Virus record (IMG/VR): IMGVR_UViG_3300031994_000480 | Coordinates: 1 to 25,751 of that record | Origin: a virus | Length of the DNA stretch: 25,751 nucleotides | Direction: 5' to 3' (one strand) | Shown here: piece after piece, positions 9,274 to 18,500 of the stretch | Position numbering within the stretch: the stretch's first letter is position 1 | Layout of the letters: each line of letters begins with the position of its first letter | Notes under the pieces: generated by a model | What the model was told of the DNA's origin: nothing | Database searches by the model: none | What the model saw: only the letters and a program-made list of their open reading frames with translations | Position numbers and translations under genes: made by a program

Positions 9274-9657
9274 TTATTTCTTTAATAAATCTTGTTTAGT
9301 AAGATTTCGGGCAATCGCATCACGGATTTTATCAAAATCGACAATTATAGTTTCATAATTACCTTGACTATTTTTAGTTTCTACCTGTTGGATAAAACCT
9401 AAACTTTCTAATGTCCTGCGGGCAGTTCTAATATGTGTATCTCGAAGACCAGTAGCATCACTGATATTACTAATCTGCCAGCCTTCAAAGTTCTTATCTT
9501 TTGGCTTATTACCAATTAAATACATTAATACTTTATTTTCAGTATATGTAAGTTCTTTATTAGCGTATTCCCATATATCCATAGGGATACTCATAAAGGC
9601 TTGTCCGCTTACAAGTTTCTCGCCTTTATGTTCTAATCTAGGCATTTCTCTTGGCAT
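9274..9657 (-). CDS. Winged-helix DNA-binding protein, putative replication initiator / origin-binding protein
   Basis: Intact 127-aa ORF with no TAG and a TAA stop. The pattern VLMYLIGN...ISDATGLRDTHIRTARRTLESLGFI is wHTH-like. It sits next to the iteron-like array. Confidence 0.45.
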   Translation of the reverse strand: MPREMPRLEHKGEKLVSGQAFMSIPMDIWEYANKELTYTENKVLMYLIGNKPKDKNFEGWQISNISDATGLRDTHIRTARRTLESLGFIQQVETKNSQGNYETIIVDFDKIRDAIARNLTKQDLLKK

Positions 9658-9685
9658 CTGTCTTATCTCCCATCTGTCTTATCTA

Positions 9686-9883
9686 TTACTGACGCCAATT
9701 CTAGCGACTATCTCTTAACTGTTGAGATAATCTTTCAAAATCAGCCATAAAATTACCGCTTACTTCAAAAGTCCATACATCTAATTCTGGTTTCTTGTAG
9801 TTAGGTTCAACCTTAACTATTTTATGACCGCAACGACGCAAAGCCAAAGCAAGCGATTTTACGAAAATCTTCTTATACTTCAT
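9686..9883 (-). CDS. Small protein, DUF5659-like (VEPNYKKPELDVWTFE)
   Basis: ATG at 9881-9883 follows AAAGGAG. The standard ORF ends at TAG 9701-9703; read-through adds 4 codons to TAA 9686-9688. Confidence 0.5.
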
Positions 9884-9902
9884 AATGACTTATCTCCTTT
9901 TG

Positions 9903-9936
9903 AATAAAAAAAGAAGTGCTAAATTAGCACTTCTTT
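9903..9936 (-). terminator. Rho-independent terminator
   Basis: About 12-bp perfect palindrome aagaagtgctaa / ttagcacttctt followed by a T-run on the minus strand. It overlaps the last codons of the 9924.. gene. Confidence 0.7.
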
Positions 9937-10124
9937 GAATAATCTTTTATACGATATTCATACGCTGTTAATACTTGTCGAATATCACTCATCGCTGTAT
10001 ATCCAGCAAATCTTTCTTTACTCTCTTGTAAAATCTCTGGATATTCAGTATCTTGACAATTATCACAGAGTTCTTTTATTTTCTGTAAAGTAATTTCTCT
10101 ATTCATAAGATTTAATTCCTCCAT
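9924..10124 (-). CDS. Small hypothetical protein (60-66 aa)
   Basis: Starts at ATG 10124, or at 10106, which is preceded by GGAGG. The ORF-track start at 10184 lies inside a terminator hairpin. No TAG. TAA stop. Confidence 0.5.
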   Translation of the reverse strand: MEELNLMNREITLQKIKELCDNCQDTEYPEILQESKERFAGYTAMSDIRQVLTAYEYRIKDYSKKC

Positions 10125-10134
10125 TTTTTTATTT

Positions 10135-10163
10135 AAACTAACATATATTTTTTCTTTTGTCAA
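10135..10163 (-). promoter_or_regulatory. Candidate promoter TTGACA-17-TAGTTT
   Basis: A perfect -35 hexamer lies directly after the upstream terminator T-run. The -10 hexamer is weak. Confidence 0.3.
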
Positions 10164-10166
10164 ATC

Positions 10167-10195
10167 AAAAAGGCAACGACCCAAAGTTCGTTGCC
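10167..10195 (-). terminator. Rho-independent terminator
   Basis: Stem GGCAACGA / TCGTTGCC, an 8-nt loop, then TTTTT on the minus strand. Confidence 0.75.
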
Positions 10196-10253
10196 CCTTC
10201 GACTAATTTATGTATATGTCTCGTAGCAAGTATGCTACTCATAATCGTGGATG

Positions 10254-10276
10254 GGGCGGGTGTAGAGTGCCCGCCC
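10254..10276 (-). other. GC-only 7-bp stem-loop (GGGCGGG CACUCUACA CCCGCCC), the most GC-rich element I noticed
   Basis: Seen directly in the sequence. No T-run follows it on either strand, so it is not a terminator. Confidence 0.7.
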
Positions 10277-10329
10277 GACTTACATTAATTGGAGGAATTT
10301 TATTATAGTATGTCTCATACTATCTTGTT

Positions 10330-10358
10330 ATTGTAAAGCCTGTTTTCCATCTCTACAA
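10330..10358 (-). promoter_or_regulatory. Candidate promoter TTGTAG-17-TACAAT
   Basis: Hexamers read on the minus strand just downstream of the HNH stop codon. Confidence 0.35.
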
Positions 10359-10379
10359 GTAGATTATACTAAAAAATTT

Positions 10380-10925
10380 TTAGGTTGTCAAATTTGGGTC
10401 AGTCTATGTATAATCAACTTTGCGGAAAGGCATATGCTAGCCCCGCAAATAACTAATAATTGTCTTCCAGCGATGAGGCACTTTTCCAATAGCCTATCGT
10501 GCGGTTGGATAGTATTCTATTCTGTTATCCTCTTGTTTATATATTACCCATAGCGGTTTATCTAAACCATATTTTCTTTTTGGATAAGATGACCTATTAT
10601 TCTAATTAATTTTAGCCGTAGCCCATCGCAAATTACTTACAGCATTATTTAATGGATTACGGTCAATATGGTCTATCTAATCCATTCCTTCTGGTTGCGG
10701 CAACCAAGTTTTTGCTATTACTCGATGCCAATACTCTTTACAATAGCGTAATTTACCGTTATCATCTCTCCAATAGTAGGAAAAGTAGTAATAATAACGG
10801 ACGCTTAAATTTGGTTTTCGCAACTTATTAGTGCCTTTAACACGAATATGACCTAGATTAGATGCTTCATATTCTTTTGTTGGGGTGTGCTTCAAACAGG
10901 TAATTGGTTTCCATTCTTCTCGCAT
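10380..10925 (-). CDS. HNH homing endonuclease (NUMOD4-type N-terminus, HNH core, C-terminal DNA-binding tail)
   Basis: EEWKPI...YEASNLGHIR, then D[TAG]IDHIDRNPLNNAVSNLRWATAKIN[TAG]NN. Five in-frame TAGs start at 10677, 10602, 10494, 10437 and 10404. TAA stop at 10380-10382. Confidence 0.8.
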
Positions 10926-11104
10926 TTTAATCGCTCCTATTCAAATATCTCCGCAGACCGTTTAAGATATTCTGCTATCTTCTACATTTCTTCTTGCGAT
11001 AACTATTCAACTATTCCAGACGCATATTTGCGTAATCTACTATAAGAAATGCCGGTCGCAGATGCGAGTGAAGCCTTATTTAATTCTTGTATAATATCTC
11101 TCAT
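10892..11104 (-). CDS. Small helix-turn-helix regulator (Cro/Xre-like)
   Basis: ATG at 11102-11104 follows AAGGAGTG. Sequence ASATGISYSRLRKYASGIVE[TAG]LSQEEM[TAG]KIAEYL. A third TAG at 10937-10939 sits at a natural-looking C-terminus just before the HNH RBS; read-through would end at TGA 10892. Confidence 0.6.
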
Positions 11105-11171
11105 AACTTCACTCCTTACACTCTATATGAAAAATCGAGAACTTCCTTGGAACAATTTTGTCCCAAAAATT

Positions 11172-12191
11172 TTAAGATAATTTATCTAACCTTTCCCGCA
11201 TTTCTTCCAATTCACTCTTGGTTAGTTTATCATTATCAGCCAACTCTCTTGTAATATCGGGAGTGCGTTCTCCTATCTCTAAAATCGTATTTTCTGGTTC
11301 ATATGGAAATCTATGTATAGCAACGATTTTTTCTTTAATTTTTAACTATTTAATTTCGTCTAACACTTGAATAGTATTACCTAATTGGATATTTTCATCA
11401 GGTTCCATTAAAATTACATTATAATGTGTGCTTGGTTTTGATATTCTATTAAGATATGATTTGGCTTTGCTATATAATTTATCTAGTCGTGTTTGAGAAG
11501 TTTTCCAAAACTTACTGATATGTTTTGTGCTATATTTATAATTTTCAAGAAACTTCTATCCCGTAGGATTAACGAGTTCAATAGTAAGTCCATTTTTCCC
11601 AATAGGATATAAAATAGTAGCAAACTCTAATGTATTTTCTACTCCTACTGTTCCAGCAAGTTCGCGGGCAACATATAATTTAGGTATGGTTTTACCATAA
11701 GTATTTTTTATTTCGATAACTTTATTTTTAGTATCAAACCAAAGACACGCAATTTCATCGCTATATAAACTAGGACCTTTTTGTATCATATCCCATAAAC
11801 ACACATTTGCCTCTTGAAGAGTTTCTTTTTCCAATGGATTATACCAAGTAATAGCGGGGTCATCCGTCCAGTGTTTAATCGTCCAAGAGGGAACAAATGA
11901 AACGCAATACTCATAAAACTCTTTACTGGTTTTATTAAACGCATCAAAAACAGGAACCGCACAGCCTTCTAATTCTTCTATATTTGCTTTACAATCAACC
12001 GCAATCATATTATCTTCTGTATATTCAATCATTTTAATTATAAACTCATAATTAGAAGACTAGATATAGCGTTCAAGCCGCAAAGCAGATACATAAGGCT
12101 CCCCGCAAGGAACCTCAAAGTTCATAGATGCCAATCCTGTTTCTAAAACTTCGTGGAGTTGAAGATTTTGTAGATTTTTATCGAGGAGCAT
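11172..12191 (-). CDS. Tail-associated protein N-terminal module (Tal / phage minor structural protein-like, 339 aa)
   Basis: Begins MLLDKNLQNLQLHEVLETGLASMNFEVP and ends with IVAIHRFPYEPENTILEIGE. Three in-frame TAGs start at 12060, 11556 and 11346. TAA stop. Confidence 0.55.
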
Positions 12192-12219
12192 AACAAAATT
12201 ATGCTCCTCATCAAACAAC

Positions 12220-12573
12220 TTAAACATATCGCAAATCAAATCTGGCTTCTATGTTAAACAAAGAAGCAGAAGTTAAAGTAATATCATTTGTGCCAGGAAG
12301 CAAACGCGGCAACTCCACACCCGCATATTTTCCCCATTTTAATTCATTATTTATTTTAAATTCTCCGTTTTCGCCATCAATAACTATTACATCATAGGCG
12401 TCAATATGCCCTGTAATTTCAATAGGATGAATGGTTAAACCAGTAATAGTTATGCCATTTAATGCTGCTTTTGGAATTAAAGTTAAGCAGCAAGGAGTGG
12501 GTGCGGTTCCAGCATTAATAATGCTGAAACCGGTGCCCTCCTCATTCACGATAATAGGATAATACTTTTCCAT
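12220..12573 (-). CDS. Dit C-terminal (galectin-like) domain encoded as a separate 117-aa protein
   Basis: Pattern IINAGTAPTPCCLTL...DVIVIDGENGEFKINN...LPRLLPGTNDITL matches the C-terminal half of siphovirus distal tail proteins. Own RBS (AAGGAGA) and ATG. No TAG. Confidence 0.55.
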   Translation of the reverse strand: MEKYYPIIVNEEGTGFSIINAGTAPTPCCLTLIPKAALNGITITGLTIHPIEITGHIDAYDVIVIDGENGEFKINNELKWGKYAGVELPRLLPGTNDITLTSASLFNIEARFDLRYV

Positions 12574-12585
12574 AATTGCGTCTCC

Positions 12586-15500
12586 TTATTCAACTAATGA
12601 TAAATTGCTATCTTCGTAATAAACCCAGCCTAATGAGGTGCGAAGCCAGTTTGTATCTCTCTTGGTTTTTTCTGTAATATATACTCGGTCTCCTGCTAAA
12701 TAACGACCTAATTTGTAAGTATCATTTTCGTCTTTGATAGGATATTCATAATAATTAATGCTATCATTTGCGACAACATAAAGTTGATTTACTGGTATTC
12801 TGTCAATATAAGTGTCATCGCGGCAAATCCAACAGTCTAAATTATCCAAAAGATAATAGTATTTATCGTCATTACTAAAATATGCTTCTGCGATAACTCT
12901 TACAACTTCTTTTTTATGAGTGCTATTCGAAAATGAGTATAAATCACGCGTCATTTTAGGAGAGATATCATTATTAGTAGATGGAATAATAGCAGTAATA
13001 AATGGAGTAAATCCATTATTTAAGGTTCGTAATACAATATCAGTGCGTGAAGGAGTAAATGCTTTTATACCAGTAGCATCAGTAGGATTTGAAGCATTTA
13101 CATCTAATTTTACTTTATACCATTTTTTATCGATGGAACACCATTGGTCGGTTGTGTATGTCGCTGCGTTATCTCTACTTACATAAGCATATCTTTCTGC
13201 GGGAACAACCATTCCAGAAGGTATTGCTACTTGTGCTCTTGCTATTTCGTTTGGATAATTATAAGTCCAAACTTTCGCAGATGTTTTATAGAATGTATAA
13301 GGTGGAGTAGTTGGAATAGTATGGTCGATTGGATTGGGTTTATCATCATAATAATTATAATCGTGCTCCATTGGATTTTCATTAATAGTATTACGATAAC
13401 TTCTCTTATATACTTTTCCATATTGTCTATCTGGGTCTGCCGCACGCGTATAGCCTCTACCGTCCTAGGCATATGGATTAATAATATCAAAAAATCCATC
13501 TTTTAATACTTGGAAGAAAGGTGCTGTTGAAAGGTTCATATTTTGCCATAAACAACCCGCATAATTAGGCACATAATATGCTAATAGATTATTATTGCGG
13601 TCATAAAATTTAATTCCGTGATATATACCTCTTGTAAGGCACAATCTTGTATAGCCATCAGCATTTTCACCAGATGGAGAGTAGTCAGGAATTTTTAAAT
13701 CATAAAAATCGCGTTCTGTGCTATTAATTACTCGTGGTGCGTAGGCTTTATCTGTATCCATAAGATATTTTGGTAATCTAGAATTATCATAAGGTATTTT
13801 TGCTACTGTGCGAGGATAAGGTGAGAAAGGAGACCTATAAAATCTATAAAAGGCTTTATCTTCTCGTTTAAAAATGCCCCATAATCCGTTTTCTTTTCGA
13901 GTATTATATATATTTTGAACTTGCTGGATAGCGGCTAGGTTGTTAATCGACATTAGATATTCTATATCATCATCTAAATAATGAGAAGCAACACGAGCGA
14001 CATTATACAGCGATGAATTGTTTCTATGAGCAGAATAATAGAATTTTGCATCGTTCCACTGCCGCCAAAAATAAAAACCAGCCCCATCAATTGGAATATA
14101 ATTACTGTTAGAATTATGAGTATAAGCAGTAAGTCCATTAGAACTAAAATAATTCTAATACGAATTCGCTTTATCAGTTATAAAAGGCTCTTCTAATTCA
14201 AATACTACGCCCTCAATTTTATCATAACCAGTTGGAGGATAAAAGATAGAACCTTCATCTACGGATTTAATTGGATAAGCATAGTATTTATACTCTCTTG
14301 GAGGCTGGAAAGGATAAAGCACTTTTTGTGTTCCTGTTCTTACTAATTCTTCAAAAGTAAAATAAATATGCTCGTCGTCCCAAGGATGCGGGTTCCATAA
14401 GAAAATTCCATCATTATACTTATGATTAGAATTAAATAGATTTTTACCTACACCAAAAAAGTCCCAATCTAAACTAACTGGTGCGGCACGATAAAGTTCT
14501 GGAAGAATTTCTTCTCCTTGGTCGTTAGTCTGCCAACTTGTCTCTATAAAATGGTCCCAATCAGGGTTCCAATCTCCAATAGAGCAAGACAACATAGCAG
14601 AGCCTAATTTATAATGTTCATCTATGGCAGGAGAATAATAATGGATATTATAATGATATATAGTTTCAGGATAAACAATATCTAATTCGTGTAAATCACT
14701 GATATCATTATAAGTAATAGTGCCATTATAATTAACAGTCGCAGGTTCGTGATATCTTAATTTCTTTTTTTGTATATCAACTACATCTTGAAGAACATAA
14801 ACATCATTCCAATCAACTTCATCCAAATGAATAACATCTAGTCCAATAGCGTTATATAATTTACCACTTTGATTAAGACTTAATTCTTCAACCTTAACCC
14901 AACAATCATAGTTCGAAGCATAAGCCCACAATCTATCAACAGTGAGTTTAGTAATGGTAAGATTAGCACCAAATGGAATTGTTGTATCTAATTCAGTATT
15001 TGGGTCATAATCAGGATTTTGTCCTGGACCTTGGATGCGGTCAATAGCAGAAAGTAAAATCCAACCGTGATAATACTCTTTTAATCTGCCCCATCCATTA
15101 CGCTCTTCCATAATCGTAATTACTTCATCCTTATGAACGAAATAAGCCAATGCCCTATATCTGCGGGCAGGTCCATAATGGATACCCACATATGGATTAT
15201 TTATACGGGCTTGATAAGGTAAGAAGTAATCAGTTGGCTCATCTTCATAATACGCTTGATGATAGTGATTTTGATATTTAGTTGTGCCTGTTGGATTTAA
15301 TACTTTTGCGGTTAAATTACAGTCGAGATAATTTGGGTCTATATTCAAAGTAATAGTATTATCTTCACTTGCTCCACCACGATAATACTCCGCATAGAAT
15401 AAATCAGGACGCTCTAATTTAGTATATTTATCATATACAACCACAGGAGCAGGAGCATCAAGGAACGCCGCCATATCATTATTTGCTAATAAAGTATCAT

Positions 15501-18500
15501 TAAAGATTAATCTACCATTTGTAAAATCGTCGGTTTTATAATAATCTATTTCAATCGGCAAATCTGTAATACTATTGGCTTGTTCTATATCGTGTAAATT
15601 AAAGAACAAATCTTTTGAACCTATTCTCATATTATCATTATAATAAACGACGCTCTTTGAGAAAGAACGATAACGATAATAGATATTAATAAGACCTTGT
15701 TCGTAAATATCTTTTAACTAAAATTGGTCGTAAGGATTATCTGGGTCATCTGTATCAATTAAACCATTTAAATAATAATCATTTGGTTTAAAATCATCAC
15801 AATGAAGTTGTTCTGCGAATGTAGAAGCATTTGGGTCATACCATACAGGAACAGCAACACTTTGCTGTGCGATAAGATTATTTTGTTCGTCATAATAATT
15901 CGCACCAACATTACCAAAATAGCAAGGGTCGTCCATAACCATTAATGGAATAACATCTTTGGCAGGGATAGTTATTTTTTCTTCTACCATAGAAGTTTCT
16001 AATACATCGCCCTACTGAATAATACCATTTGGCATTATAGCACCATCTTTTAAATGAGTTTCAGCAATGGTTCCAATATATGTTCCACCCTCATTACAGT
16101 TAGTGAAGAAGATTTCTGTAACCAAATCAAATAAACCATTTTCTGGCATAATTTGTCCGGCAATTTCTTCTCCTTTTGCGACAGGCACTAAATCACGGAC
16201 TAATTTATCTTGGTCCCATATTTTAATACCCCAAACCATACACATTGTAGGCTCTGGTTCAGCAGGGGCTCTCCAACTAGCAAAACCAACATACATTGAT
16301 GTTGAATGGCTATATTTAACACTTTGAGTATTTTTTCCTGACATAGGAATAACTTTGCCATCTGGTGTTGTATAGTATTGAGTATCTTCTGTTGTGCCTA
16401 AATTTTCTAACATAATTTCGGTTTCTATCGTTCGCTAAACATCATAAGCATAATAAGGATTTAAAAAGTTTTGACGCAGTGCGGATGGAACTCCATACAT
16501 AGTAGATAGTGCCCCAGAAACATTTGGATAAGCCAGATGACAGAATGGATTTTGATTAATTATTCCGCTATCTGGATTACGAGTAGCAAATAGAGTTAAA
16601 GAACCTCTTGGATGGCATCTTACTTCAAAACTATCTTTATCATCGTTGTTAGAAAAATCATAATAGCCATATCCATTACCGCTACCAAAATCATACGCCG
16701 TGCTATATTTTCTATAAGCACTTAAAGTATGAGTAATAGGAACAGCAACATCGAATTGATTAAAGCCATTATCAAGAGCGTGCTATGATAATTTCATTTT
16801 AGACCCGTGGTCTATATCATTAAAGAAACTACTCTGGCTCATTCTTTCTCCAATAGAAGCATTATATTGAACCTCATAATTACTATTTTCTTTAACGATA
16901 TTATAATTTTCGTCCATTGAAGTAGATGCTCCATTACGGTAGGTCGCACAACTACTATTCCATTTAGTTATTCCGCGATTAACATCAACAACTACTCCTA
17001 CCAAAGAGCCATCTTTTGTATCACGATAAGTAGTGCTGTATTTTTCTCCTTCCCAAGTCGCTGGTGTATATTCATTATATACAACAGGCATTCTAACAAT
17101 AGGAACACGACCGCGGAATGCGAATGTGCCAGTGCCATATTTACCTATGGTTTTTTCATCATCGCCTAATATGAAATTATTAAGTCGATAAGATGTATCA
17201 CCTAAATCCCCAAGAATTTCAACTGGGAAAGCCGCAGCATAACCGAATATACCCATATAGTCCAAAGTCTAATCAGTATAATAGTTTTGACGGTCATATA
17301 AAGGAGTTACTGATTTAGAAACATATTTCATCTCAACGGTCAAACGACTTAATTCTTTTGGAGTATATCCTAAATCTATATATGGAATACGCCCACCCGT
17401 TTTAATAAATAGAAAATGGTCATATTGATTTCCTGCCGAGTGAGTATAGTTCCTATTATTAGGACCAAATCTAGCATCCCAAAATAAGACCTTATTTAAT
17501 CTATTTAAAGGAATAGCGTCTGGTCCGCCAGGTTCAATAATAGTATCATAAACAATATCAATACCTGCTTCAACTAATTCTTCAAAAGTATAAAGTCTAT
17601 TAGTATTTTGTAATACGCCATAATCGCACTTAACAGGTTTAAATAAATTGACATATCTATTAGGCAACTAATCAACTAAATAAAATGGTCCATCAAAATC
17701 ATCTATTTTAACCGACCAAGTTGTAGTCGCAACCTAATTTAAAATATCTACATCATCTGTGTAATAACGAATTTCAATTTGTTCTGTTGTTGGCAAATAA
17801 CAAATAATATATTCGTTTTTTAGTTTAGAAGGACTATAAAGATGTTCGTCCATTTTATACCACTGATAACTTTCACCAGAGCGATAATACTTTTCTGGTT
17901 TAAAAGCATCCCAGTCAATATAATAATCAATAAATTCACCTTCACGGAAATCGCTCGCACCCAAGGTAAGAGTTATATTACCAAGCGTTTCATAAGTATG
18001 AAAACCAAATACTTTCTTAATATATTTGATATTAGTAGTATAAGTTGGTTCTTCTCCTTCAATAGGAGTATAAACAATATCATAAGGTGCGTGTGCGATT
18101 ACTCTTCCCAAGGTAACTTTTGGCTCTGGAAATACATAATTAGTTTCATAGCCTTCTGGTTTATACTTATTCAATCTAATCAATTCACCAAACATAGGGA
18201 CTTGATAGAAGTCTTTTTCAGTAAAAACCAAACTCTCTGTTGCTAACAAGTTTGCCGGGTCATTAGTATCTTTATAATAACGAACTTGTATTACATTTTC
18301 TTGCTCTTCATATACAACATTAAATACAAAGTTCTTTAAGTTTTCAAAATTAATTTCACCTAAATCAGTTAAATTAACGATTTGTCCTGGATTATAATAA
18401 AGTGGCTGATGTTCGGTTATTTCTAATTTCGCATCTAAATCCCATTCTTCTTCAAATTCATCACCACGATAGAAAATCTAACGAGTTTCAAAGATATAAT

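Larger units (their letters stand above)
10167..10322 (-). ncRNA. Candidate ~155-nt structured non-coding transcript (function unknown)
   Basis: Bounded by a candidate promoter (10330..10358) and the terminator at 10167..10195. No RBS-preceded ORF. Contains hairpins GTATG-AGA-CATAC, GGGCGGG-N9-CCCGCCC and GTAGCA-TACT-TGCTAC. Confidence 0.25.

Noticed and set aside
10254-10276. GC hairpin with CUA in its loop as the anticodon arm of a suppressor tRNA
   Set aside because: The stem is 7 bp and the loop 9 nt. There is no U33/purine-37 arrangement, no T-loop (TTCRA) and no acceptor or D-arm pairing in the flanks. I keep it only as part of a candidate ncRNA.
11125-11165. Imperfect palindrome GGAACAATTTTGTCCC upstream of the HTH gene as an operator
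   Set aside because: Only 6 of 8 half-site matches, a single copy, and no clear promoter hexamers around it. The support is too weak to report as a feature.
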